Source of the DNA: a bacterium | Lineage (GTDB): Bacteria; Patescibacteriota; Minisyncoccia; UBA6257; GWB1-50-10 | Reading direction: 5' to 3' | Assembly (NCBI GenBank): GCA_027310365.1 | Contig: DAIDAY010000002.1 | Span: 1 to 63,842, forward strand | DNA: 63,842 nucleotides | Part shown: piece by piece, positions 34,149-42,752 of the stretch | Position numbering within the stretch: the stretch's first letter is position 1 | Layout of the letters: the number at the start of each line of letters is the position of its first letter | Notes under the pieces: generated by a model | The model's database searches: none | What the model saw: the letters and a program-made list of their open reading frames with translations, nothing else | Told to the model about the DNA's origin: nothing | Program-made: the position numbers and the translations under genes

Positions 34149-36542
34149 CTATGAGCGCAAGCGGGGTTCCACGCGCTTTAAGAGAACCGCGTTCGTCGCA
34201 ACGATGATTGAAGATGCGGACATGAGGAGCGCGGAGATTTCCGGGCGCAGCGACCAGCCGAGTGCATGGTAGAATACGCCGGCGGCGACTGGAATTGAAA
34301 GCACGTTGTAAACCGCCGCCCAGAAAAGATTCTGTTTCATTTTGACAACGGTAGCCTTGCTCAAGCGGATTGCCGCTACGATATCGTAGGGATCGGATTT
34401 CATGAGCACAATATTGCCGGTTTCGATGGCTACGTCGGTGCCGGCGCCGATGGCGATGCCGATGTCCGCCTGCGCCAGCGCCGGCGCATCATTGATGCCG
34501 TCGCCGACCATCGCCACGAATTTACCCTCGCCCTGGAGTTTCTTGACCCATGTGGCCTTGTCGGCCGGCAAGACATCGGCGAAGACCCGGTCGATGCCGA
34601 GTTGCTCCGCGATCGCCCCGGCGGTGCGTTCGTTGTCGCCGGTAATCATGATGATTTCTATACCGTTCTTGCGAAGCTCCGCAACCGCCCGCTTGGAATT
34701 TTCCCGGGCCGTGTCTGCCACCGCGATTGCTCCAATAATTTCTTTGTCGAGCGCGAGGAGCATCGCCGTCTTCCCCTCGTTCTGCAGCTGCTCCAACTTC
34801 TGCCGCGCCTCGTCGCTCATCGGCACCGCATGCTCCTCCATGAGCCGCTGGTTGCCCAAGAGCACCAAGTGCCCTTCGGTGTCCACTTTGCCCTGCAGCC
34901 CGAAGCCAGGTTCCACTTTGAATTCCGCGACATCCGGCTTATCGGCATTCAGAATATCCGCTTCTTTTTGAATGGCGGCGTCGAGCGGATGAGAGGATTT
35001 TTTGCCCAAACCCGCTGCCAAACCCACGATGAATCCCTTCACGCCGTGGCCGGCGACCGCTTCGAATCGAGAAACGTTCAGCAGTTCGAGACTTTCTCTC
35101 GATGCTTTGTCCACGATCGTCTTGGCCAGCGGGTGTTCGGAGTGCTTTTCGATTGAGGCGGCAATGCGCAGGATCTCGGCTTGTACATTCTGGCTCTTCG
35201 CCTCGATGAACGAGGTGACATCCGTTACCGCCGGCTCTCCCTTGGTCAGCGTTCCGGTTTTATCCAGGATCATCGCGTCGATTTTGGAGGTTTTCTCGAG
35301 CGTCGTCGCGTCTTTGATGAGAATATTGTGCTTGGCGCCGAGGCCGGTGCCGACGGCGACCGCGGTCGGCGTGGCAAGGCCCAAGGCATCCGGGCAGGCG
35401 ATGACCACCGTGGAGACGGCGAACGTCAGCGCGGTGATGATGCCGGCGCCGGCGATGAAATACCAGCCGAAGAAAGCGGCGAGCCCTGAACCGATGGCGA
35501 CGATGACCAAGATTCCCGCAGCCTTGTCGGCAATGCGCTGGCCGGGCGCTTTGGAATTCTGGGCGGTTTCCACCATTTTGATGATCTGGGCGAGTACTGT
35601 CTCGCCGCCGACCTTCGTCGCCTTGAATTTGATCGCCCCGCGCTGGTTGATCGAGCCGCCGACGACTTGGCCGCCGACTTTCTTGTGAATCGGCAGGGAT
35701 TCGCCGGTGACCAGGGCTTCGTCGATGTAGGTTTCTCCTTCGATAACTTCGCCGTCGACGGGGATCTTGTTGCCAGGGCGAATGACGACGATGTCGCCTT
35801 TCGCCACTTCGGCGCTGGGGATGGTTACTTCCTTGCCGTCGCGAATGACGGTCGCGTGAGGCGGCACAAGATCGAATAAAGCCCTCAAGGCCTCTGACGT
35901 GCCCCGTCGGGAACGCATTTCCATCCAATGACCAAAGAGCACGAAGGTTACCAGGGCCGCCGCCGCTTCGTAGAATGTCCGTGCGTCCGGTTGCGTGAAG
36001 GTCAGTAACACGCTGAAAAGGTATGCCGCCAGCACGCCGGTGACCACGAGCACCGCCATGTTGAGCCGCCGCGCCTTAAGCGACCAATAAGTTCCGGCGA
36101 TGAAGATCGAGCCGGTCCAGAAAACGACCGGCGTCGTCAGGATAAAGAGGAGCAGGTTGACTGGGATCGGCGATGGCAACGCCAACTGAAGGTATTCGGT
36201 TGCCACTGGCGAATAAAGAAAGATGGGGATGAGGAGAAGAAACGAAATCCAAAACCTGCGCCGCATGTCGGCTTCCATTTTCTTCGCCATCCTCGGGTCG
36301 GTCATCGCCGCTTCGTGATCTTTATGGCTCATCTCCGAGGCGTCGTGCGTGCCGTGTTCTTGCGCCGCCCCCTCGCCTCTTCTTTCTCTCACGAGTTCCA
36401 TGCCGCAGCCGGGACAGCGGCCGGGCGCCGATTGCCGGACTTCCGGATGCATGGGGCAGGTGTAAACCACCGCCTCTTTTTCGGCGGACGGCGCATCCCT
36501 TCGTGGTGCGTGCTCCTTATGCATGTTGTTGTCATGATTCAT
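34149..36542 (-). CDS. P1B-type heavy-metal ATPase (CopB-like: His-rich N-terminus plus CPMHPE metal-binding domain)
   Basis: [17 protein letters not shown], the TM motif IACPDALGLATP, and an N-terminal YTCPMHPEVRQSAPGRCPGCGMEL. Start reassigned to the ATG at 36542 (MNHDNNMHKEH) because a promoter occupies 36558-36587. Confidence 0.9.
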   Translation of the reverse strand: MNHDNNMHKEHAPRRDAPSAEKEAVVYTCPMHPEVRQSAPGRCPGCGMELVRERRGEGAAQEHGTHDASEMSHKDHEAAMTDPRMAKKMEADMRRRFWISFLLLIPIFLYSPVATEYLQLALPSPIPVNLLLFILTTPVVFWTGSIFIAGTYWSLKARRLNMAVLVVTGVLAAYLFSVLLTFTQPDARTFYEAAAALVTFVLFGHWMEMRSRRGTSEALRALFDLVPPHATVIRDGKEVTIPSAEVAKGDIVVIRPGNKIPVDGEVIEGETYIDEALVTGESLPIHKKVGGQVVGGSINQRGAIKFKATKVGGETVLAQIIKMVETAQNSKAPGQRIADKAAGILVIVAIGSGLAAFFGWYFIAGAGIITALTFAVSTVVIACPDALGLATPTAVAVGTGLGAKHNILIKDATTLEKTSKIDAMILDKTGTLTKGEPAVTDVTSFIEAKSQNVQAEILRIAASIEKHSEHPLAKTIVDKASRESLELLNVSRFEAVAGHGVKGFIVGLAAGLGKKSSHPLDAAIQKEADILNADKPDVAEFKVEPGFGLQGKVDTEGHLVLLGNQRLMEEHAVPMSDEARQKLEQLQNEGKTAMLLALDKEIIGAIAVADTARENSKRAVAELRKNGIEIIMITGDNERTAGAIAEQLGIDRVFADVLPADKATWVKKLQGEGKFVAMVGDGINDAPALAQADIGIAIGAGTDVAIETGNIVLMKSDPYDIVAAIRLSKATVVKMKQNLFWAAVYNVLSIPVAAGVFYHALGWSLRPEISALLMSASSIIVATNAVLLKRVEPRLRS

Positions 36543-36927
36543 GGTTTTGTTTCCTGTATGATACCCCCCCTGGGTATTTTCTGTCAACGGCCAAAGCGAG
36601 CGCCATCGCCAGAAATCCCGATTCTTCCAAAATATCCAGCGGCGCGGCCCGCGCCGCCATCACGCCGACGATCCAGAGTGCAGCCCACACAGCGACGATC
36701 CGCACCTTCACGCCGCCAAATAACAGCATTGCCACCAATGCATCATTGACCCCGATGATCATTGCAAATGTCCCCGTGGATACCGGCACTATACCCGCGA
36801 AGAACGCCCGCTCGATGATTTCGCCGATCTCTTGCGGGGCGAAAAATGCCGCCAGGGAATTCGCCAGGAAGACCAGCGCGAGTCCGATGCGGATGAGAAA
36901 GGGAGGGGAAAAAAATTTATTCATCAT
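36532..36927 (-). CDS. DoxX-like small membrane protein
   Basis: FLIRIGLALVFLANSLAAFF and 3-4 TM segments. Its last roughly 19 codons overlap the ATPase promoter. Confidence 0.45.
   Translation of the reverse strand: MMNKFFSPPFLIRIGLALVFLANSLAAFFAPQEIGEIIERAFFAGIVPVSTGTFAMIIGVNDALVAMLLFGGVKVRIVAVWAALWIVGVMAARAAPLDILEESGFLAMALALAVDRKYPGGVSYRKQNHES
36558..36587 (-). promoter_or_regulatory. promoter with an embedded CsoR-type operator
   Basis: Minus strand reads TTGACA-GAAAATACCCAGGGGGGG-TATCAT. The dyad ATACCC-N5-GGGTAT (36561-36577) fills the spacer. An AGGAAA SD and the ATG follow. Confidence 0.65.
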
Positions 36928-36937
36928 CGTTGAAAAT

Positions 36938-38644
36938 TTATTTCGGCCGCTTGCCGAGTTTCACCACGAACCCGACGAACAAGATTGCCGACGCAGCGGC
37001 GCCAATGGTGCTTAACTGCATTCCCCAAATCGTTCTCGTCCCTTCCAGGTAAAAGAATCCGCTTGTCACAAAGAGGAGAGCGACCAGCACCGTTCCGAGA
37101 ATCCGCAGGTCGTTTTGACGGTCAAATTCCTTCTTGAATTCCAGGAGTTCTGTGGCGTCGAATTTCACGCTAACCCCCCCTTTTTCGAGTTTTTGCAGAA
37201 GACCTTGAGTTTGTTCGGGGAGCGTCTTTAAAAATTCCAGATAGTCGAAGACATCGGCCTTCAAGGTTCCGAGCGCCCGCCGCGGATCCAAGTAAAACCT
37301 GAGAGCCTTGTCGACAAAAGGCTGGAGTTCTTTGTTGAAGTCAAATCCCGGATACAGCTTCAATCCCATCGCTTCGGTGGTGATGATCGCTTTGCCGAAC
37401 AGCGCGAGGTCGGCGGGAAAACTGATGTGGTTCCTCGTCCCCTTATTGATGACGCGAAAAAATACCCAAGCGACGCTTGGCCGGGTCGGCGAGAAGAAAA
37501 GTTCGCTTAAAGCGCTCGACGCGTCTTTTTGAAAGCCGGCGACATCGCTCTTGTCGGAGATGATGGCGAGATGCATGAAATGTTTGAAAAAATTATCGAT
37601 GTCCTTATCCACGAACGCCACGAAGCAGCTCACCAGCTCTTTGCGCTGCTCTTGCGTAAGGTAGCCGACCATCCCGAAGTCATGCAGGCAAAGAACATCG
37701 CCTTTCATGGCGAAGAAATTGCCAGGATGAGGATCCGCGTGGAAGAAGCCATCAATGAGGAATGCCTGGAAGCTAGCCCCGACGCCGTGGAGAGCGAGTT
37801 CGCGCGCATTGATTTTGAGCCTCTTGATGCTGTCTAAGTCGTTGGCTTTGACGCCATGAACGAATTCCATCGTGAGGACCCGGCCGGAGGTGTAATCCCA
37901 ATGGATGTCGGGGATCTTGATGTGGGGATTGTCCTTGAACGCATAGCGGAAGCGCTCGGCATTGTACCCTTCGGCTTTGAAATCAAGCTCGCGGAGGGTC
38001 CAGTCGGCGAATTCTTTAACGATGCGCAGGGGTTGATAGGGACGCAACTCCGGTACAAAGCGTTCCGCGAGATGAGCAAGATAAAAAAGGATGTGGATAT
38101 CCTGCTCTATGATTTTTCCGATATTCGGCCGCTGCACCTTTATCGCCACTTCGGTGCCGTCCCGAAGATATGCCCGGTGCACTTGAGCCAGCGATGCCGC
38201 GGCAATCGGTTTTTTCTCGATAGACTGAAAAATCTTTTCAGGTTCCTGCTTCAGCTCCTCCGTCATAATCCGCCGCGCCTCGTCGTATGAAAAGGGAGTA
38301 ACGTCGCTTTGCAGCTTCGAAAATTCGCTGGAAATTTCTTCACCGACTAAATCCGCGCGCAGGCTCAGCACCTGCCCCAGTTTAACGAAAGTAGGCCCCA
38401 ATTTTTCCAGTACCTCGCGGAGGATATCCGCGGACACCACTCGCTCCTCTCCGGCCATCCGAATGAGGCACTGCTCGGATGAGCGGCGAGAGAAGAAGCA
38501 GTGAATCCGGCACGACCACGGCACGAGATATTTTAAGCGGATTTTTTCGACTAAAATCCCGCCGCCCGCCTCAAAGAGAACCGCGAGAATTCTGCGCAGA
38601 CGATTGAAATCGCTAACCTTGCTTTTGATGCGTCGTGGCGACAT
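36938..38644 (-). CDS. ABC1/UbiB-family atypical kinase with C-terminal TM helices
   Basis: PIAAASLAQVHRA, VAIKVQRP and FHADPHPGNF motifs. Confidence 0.9.
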   Translation of the reverse strand: MSPRRIKSKVSDFNRLRRILAVLFEAGGGILVEKIRLKYLVPWSCRIHCFFSRRSSEQCLIRMAGEERVVSADILREVLEKLGPTFVKLGQVLSLRADLVGEEISSEFSKLQSDVTPFSYDEARRIMTEELKQEPEKIFQSIEKKPIAAASLAQVHRAYLRDGTEVAIKVQRPNIGKIIEQDIHILFYLAHLAERFVPELRPYQPLRIVKEFADWTLRELDFKAEGYNAERFRYAFKDNPHIKIPDIHWDYTSGRVLTMEFVHGVKANDLDSIKRLKINARELALHGVGASFQAFLIDGFFHADPHPGNFFAMKGDVLCLHDFGMVGYLTQEQRKELVSCFVAFVDKDIDNFFKHFMHLAIISDKSDVAGFQKDASSALSELFFSPTRPSVAWVFFRVINKGTRNHISFPADLALFGKAIITTEAMGLKLYPGFDFNKELQPFVDKALRFYLDPRRALGTLKADVFDYLEFLKTLPEQTQGLLQKLEKGGVSVKFDATELLEFKKEFDRQNDLRILGTVLVALLFVTSGFFYLEGTRTIWGMQLSTIGAAASAILFVGFVVKLGKRPK

Positions 38645-39905
38645 GTGAACGATTGGCCGCTTTCTCCCTGCGCCGCAGATAGGACTGCAGTGAACCCTTG
38701 ATTTTCAACGCCCGGAGAACGTCTTTAAATTTTATCACTTTCAGAAACTCAAAGTCGAACCCCAGTTTGAATAATTCACTGGCAGAAAGGCCGGCGAGGA
38801 TCCGCATCAGGTATTGCCATTGATCTTCCGTCAGATCTCCATAGAGTTTCTCGGCGATGAGGTAACTGAGCCGCCATTTTTTACCGATGTACGCCGCCCA
38901 ACGATCATCGTATTCGGCGAGAGCTCTCCGGCTGACGTCGTTCGCCGAGAGTTTTCGGTCGATGATCTCGGCGGCCATTCTACCGGAATGAAGCGCGTGC
39001 CTGATCCCTTCGCCGGCAAGGGGATTGATTTGCATAGCCGCGTCGCCGATGACCAAGAAGCCATTCGAGGAATGGTTCTTGATTCCGCCGGTGATGTAGA
39101 TATTTCCCCCGTGCAAATCGACAGGTTCCGCGTCGCCGAACTGCGGGAATTTCTCCATAAATTTTTTCAACAGCGCCATCATGCCGGCCGTGCCGTGGTT
39201 GTCTTCCGGGATGCCGTGCTTGCTTGCGCCATAAACCGCTACGCCGACTTTACACTGGTGTTCGCCGAAGGGGAATATCCAGCCGTAGCCGTGGGGAACA
39301 TAGACGTCGCTGAAATAGAACGCCAGGACGTTCCTGAATTCCGGCGGAACGCCCTCGACGATCAGTTCTATGCCGATGGCGGCCGCTTCGGGTTCCGCTT
39401 CGCGCAGACCAATCTTCGAAGCGAGAACGCCGACAGGTCCGGAAGCGTCAACGACGACCTTCCCCCTGATGACCCCTTCTCCGAAAACGCCCTTGCATTT
39501 CACGCCGACGACAGAATCTCCTTCAAGAGTCGGTTCTTCTGCCGCGGTGCTGATCATCACTTTTCCGCCGTGTTTGACGGTTTCAGCGGCAAGAAACTGC
39601 TTCAGTTCATCGAATGCGAACACATAGCCGCGGGTTTCTCCGTAGTCCCATGTTTTCGCCCCGCCGCGCGCGGCAATGAGGACTTTAGACCACGTTCCGC
39701 GTCCGATCTCGAAAGGTAGATCGAAATCCTTGAAAGTTTCGAGGGGCGTGCCGCCGCTCGAGAAATTCGGCCGGCCGATGCCGGTCGACTTTTCCATCAA
39801 TAAAACCTTCCGTCCTCGTCGGGCAAGCTCTCTAGCGCATTCTCCGCCAGCCGGTCCCGAACCGACGACGATAACGTCAAATGCTTCGGAAAAATTGTTG
39901 TGCAT
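38613..39905 (-). CDS. FAD-dependent geranylgeranyl-reductase-family oxidoreductase
   Basis: FDVIVVGSGPAGGECARELARRGRKVLLMEK dinucleotide fold and a GDAA motif (IGDAAMQINPLAGEGI). Confidence 0.85.
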   Translation of the reverse strand: MHNNFSEAFDVIVVGSGPAGGECARELARRGRKVLLMEKSTGIGRPNFSSGGTPLETFKDFDLPFEIGRGTWSKVLIAARGGAKTWDYGETRGYVFAFDELKQFLAAETVKHGGKVMISTAAEEPTLEGDSVVGVKCKGVFGEGVIRGKVVVDASGPVGVLASKIGLREAEPEAAAIGIELIVEGVPPEFRNVLAFYFSDVYVPHGYGWIFPFGEHQCKVGVAVYGASKHGIPEDNHGTAGMMALLKKFMEKFPQFGDAEPVDLHGGNIYITGGIKNHSSNGFLVIGDAAMQINPLAGEGIRHALHSGRMAAEIIDRKLSANDVSRRALAEYDDRWAAYIGKKWRLSYLIAEKLYGDLTEDQWQYLMRILAGLSASELFKLGFDFEFLKVIKFKDVLRALKIKGSLQSYLRRREKAANRSHVATTHQKQG

Positions 39906-39917
39906 GTTTTTTAATTT

Positions 39918-40502
39918 TTATTTACCCCTCCTCCCGAGCGCTCGAACCTTTTTCAGCCAAGCGCGGCGTTCCTGGTCGGTGACAATCTCCGTCTCGCTGA
40001 AAAAGGTGATGGCGCCTTGGATGCCGGCGAGCGTCATCAGAGAACGCTCGATGCCGTTCCGGCAGTCGTCGCACGCGCACCAGTATTCTTCCGCTGCAGC
40101 ATGCGCGCCGGCCGTTACGAAAAACCGCGCCGTCCTGCCCTTCAGGCGTTGAATGGGTTTTTTCGACGTTTTGTCGAAATTGAAAGCGAAGCCGGGAAGC
40201 CAAGCGCGATCGAACAATCCTTTGAGAACGGCCGGCATGGCGCTCCACCAGCTGGGATAGATAAAGACAAGATGATCCGCCCACTTCACGTTTTCCTGGA
40301 ACAAAAGCAGGTCCGGTTCTACCTTTTGGACGACCTTGTAGCCGTCGTGTAAAACGGGGTCAAAGTGCATTGCCCCGACATCCATTCTGCGCACGCTGTG
40401 TCCCGCCGCCCTGGCGCTTTTTTCGTAAGCAGACGCCAGCGCTCCCGAAAACGAATCGGCATTCGGGTGGCCGCACAGGACAAACACTTTTTTTGCTGGC
40501 AT
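39918..40502 (-). CDS. flavodoxin-like NAD(P)H:quinone oxidoreductase (Flavodoxin_2/YwrO/MdaB-like)
   Basis: The track ORF starts at a TTG; the ATG at 40502 gives MPAKKVFVLCGHPNADSFSGALASAY. Confidence 0.75.
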   Translation of the reverse strand: MPAKKVFVLCGHPNADSFSGALASAYEKSARAAGHSVRRMDVGAMHFDPVLHDGYKVVQKVEPDLLLFQENVKWADHLVFIYPSWWSAMPAVLKGLFDRAWLPGFAFNFDKTSKKPIQRLKGRTARFFVTAGAHAAAEEYWCACDDCRNGIERSLMTLAGIQGAITFFSETEIVTDQERRAWLKKVRALGRRGK

Positions 40503-40522
40503 GGCGCTGCGTTTCAATCGCT

Positions 40523-40804
40523 TTAGTTTTTCGCGCGGCGCGAAAGTTTCTTCTCCAACGCTTTCAATTCGCTCCTCGTCGGCAGATCAAGCTCCTGAAG
40601 AACTTTTTTCACCAGCGCGCGCGCTTTTTGCTCCGCTTCCTGCCGCCGCGATTGCCCTTCTCTTGCCCAGGCATCGAGAGTCTTTCCCCACTCTTTCTCC
40701 GACGGATTTTTCCCGGCGATGGTCTTGAGTGTTTTCCGGATCTCCTTTGCCGAAGCGCCCGCAAGCCCCAAGCCCGCCAAGAGCATCTTTTCATAAATGT
40801 CCAT
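40523..40804 (-). CDS. small coiled-coil protein (phasin/COG3937-like)
   Basis: The ATG at 40804 (MDIYEKMLLAGLGLAG...) avoids overlap with the ABC gene. Ends with LPTRSELKALEKKL. Confidence 0.4.
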   Translation of the reverse strand: MDIYEKMLLAGLGLAGASAKEIRKTLKTIAGKNPSEKEWGKTLDAWAREGQSRRQEAEQKARALVKKVLQELDLPTRSELKALEKKLSRRAKN

Positions 40805-40829
40805 GTTTGATGAATGATTTATGTTTTCG

Positions 40830-41507
40830 CTATTCGACCTTTTCGATTTTTTCAATCAAACCGTCCGATATCCAAACAACTCGGTCGACGTATCGCCTGT
40901 CGTCCGGCTCGTGCGTTACCATCACGACTGTTTGCTTCAATTCCCGGTTCAGTTTCCGGAAAAGTTCCAGGACGGTTTTTGCCGATGCGGAATCGAGATT
41001 TGCGGTCGGTTCGTCGGCAAAAAGCACTTTCGGAGAATTAATTAAAGCGCGGGCAATGGCGACCCGCTGCTGTTCGCCGCCGGAAATTTCATTGGGGTAA
41101 TGGTCGAGGCGATGGCCGAGGCCCACCAAATCCAGGAGCTTGGCTGCGTGTTCCCAGCAGTGCTCCGGATCTTTGCCGTAGGCCAGCGCCGGCAACCAAA
41201 CGTTTTCTTGCGCCGTCAGTTCCGTGATCAAAGCGTACTCCTGGAAAATGTACCCGAGTTGCTGGAGCCGGAACTTCGTTTTCTCGGCATCGGAAAGCGC
41301 GGTCACCTCGAAATTTCCTATGCGTATCGTTCCCTCCGTGGGCGTATCGATGAGGCCGAGTTGGTGAAGCAGCGTCGATTTGCCCGAGCCGCTCCGGCCC
41401 ATGATCGCCACGAATTCCCCCTCGTTGATTTTGAAGGAGACGCCTTTGAGCGCCGGGGTGGGAACTTTCCCGGGATACGTTTTTTTCAGATTTTCTATTT
41501 GAATCAT
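40830..41507 (-). CDS. ABC transporter ATP-binding protein (MacB/FtsE-like)
   Basis: Walker A GRSGSGKST, signature ISGGEQQR, and Walker B LFADEPT. Confidence 0.95.
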   Translation of the reverse strand: MIQIENLKKTYPGKVPTPALKGVSFKINEGEFVAIMGRSGSGKSTLLHQLGLIDTPTEGTIRIGNFEVTALSDAEKTKFRLQQLGYIFQEYALITELTAQENVWLPALAYGKDPEHCWEHAAKLLDLVGLGHRLDHYPNEISGGEQQRVAIARALINSPKVLFADEPTANLDSASAKTVLELFRKLNRELKQTVVMVTHEPDDRRYVDRVVWISDGLIEKIEKVE

Positions 41508-41523
41508 GGTGGCGTGCCGAAAT

Positions 41524-42747
41524 TTATCCCCAAATAGCCGTGAGAATGTCTTTCCGGGCGACGAGCCGCGACGGCAGATACCCCGACAGGAAACCGGCCG
41601 CGATCAAGCTCACGATGCCGAAGATAATCCAGCCGGCGGTGAAATACAGGCTGATCGCGCCGAAATCAACATTCAGGGGATAGCGCAAGAACAGCGGGTA
41701 CAGCACGGCGAAAGTCAGGATGGAGCCGACCACCAGGCTGGCGGCGACATAGAATAAAGCCTGAAAGACATACGATGAGATGATGATTGTCCTTTTGATG
41801 CCAATGGCCCGCAGAATCCCTATCTGCCGGCGTTTATTGAGCGCGTTGACGTAAATAAGGACGAAAATGGTAACCGATGCGACGGCGACGGAAATGATGC
41901 TCACGATGACCGCGATCAAATCCAGCGCGTTCAAGAACCCGCCGAAGGATCCCAGAAAGTCTTCATATGTTTGGATCTTCAAAGTGGGAGCGAGCGCTCC
42001 GATCTGCGCTCGGTATTTTTCCAGCGTCTGCCGGTTCGGATCAAGCGCCACTAAAATCTGCGAGGCGCTGTCGCTCACGCCGATCACCGATTCGGCCTCC
42101 TTGGACGTAATGAAATTTTCATAGATACCCATCAGATCGCTGTAGATGCCCTTCACCTTATATGTCCGCATGATGCCGTTGCCGTAGGTCACGAGGATTT
42201 TGTCGCCCACGCGCGCGCCACCCAAGTCGCTTGGCGCGAGATTGCCGTAGCCGCCGGCCAAGGCGGAGCTCAGGATAATCTGATCAGTGTCGGTATCGGA
42301 CAAGAACGAACCATCTTTTATCAGCCCTTCGATGCCCATGATTTTCGCGTCTGCCGCCGGATCGATACCCATGATGCTCGATGAAAGCCGCTTGTATTGC
42401 CCGCTTTGATCCTTGTCGAACGCCAGCGATCCGGCGAGCACATACCGTCTGGTCGTTCTCAGGATACCGGGGATGGTGGCGATCTCCGCGCGCAGGGCGG
42501 ATTGGTTGGGAATGAATTCCTTGACGCGCGGCGTCTCTTGGGAGCTGACGGTGATGTAAGCGCTCACGTTCTTGATGATTACCTGCGGAAACAATTCCGA
42601 GAGTCCTTTCAGGATGCCGGCGATGAACATCATGTTGATGAACGACAAGGACAAGATGAGGATCATCAAAACGAGCGTAGATTTATGCCCGCGCCGAATC
42701 GATTTATAAGCGATGAAAGCGGCGGTTTTCAGATCGTTGGCGCTCAT
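41524..42747 (-). CDS. ABC transporter permease (FtsX/MacB-type)
   Basis: Start set at the ATG at 42747 (MSANDLKTAAFIAYKSIRR). The upstream 112 codons of the track ORF overlap the adaptor gene in another frame. Layout is 1 TM, a large loop, then 3 TM. Confidence 0.85.
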   Translation of the reverse strand: MSANDLKTAAFIAYKSIRRGHKSTLVLMILILSLSFINMMFIAGILKGLSELFPQVIIKNVSAYITVSSQETPRVKEFIPNQSALRAEIATIPGILRTTRRYVLAGSLAFDKDQSGQYKRLSSSIMGIDPAADAKIMGIEGLIKDGSFLSDTDTDQIILSSALAGGYGNLAPSDLGGARVGDKILVTYGNGIMRTYKVKGIYSDLMGIYENFITSKEAESVIGVSDSASQILVALDPNRQTLEKYRAQIGALAPTLKIQTYEDFLGSFGGFLNALDLIAVIVSIISVAVASVTIFVLIYVNALNKRRQIGILRAIGIKRTIIISSYVFQALFYVAASLVVGSILTFAVLYPLFLRYPLNVDFGAISLYFTAGWIIFGIVSLIAAGFLSGYLPSRLVARKDILTAIWG

Positions 42748-42752
42748 GCCGA

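Noticed and set aside
36561-36577. The ATACCC-N5-GGGTAT dyad as a transcription terminator for the upstream DoxX-like gene.
   Set aside because: The stem is only 6 bp and no U-tract follows. Its position exactly within a TTGACA/TATCAT spacer, and its resemblance to CsoR operators, fit a regulatory site better.
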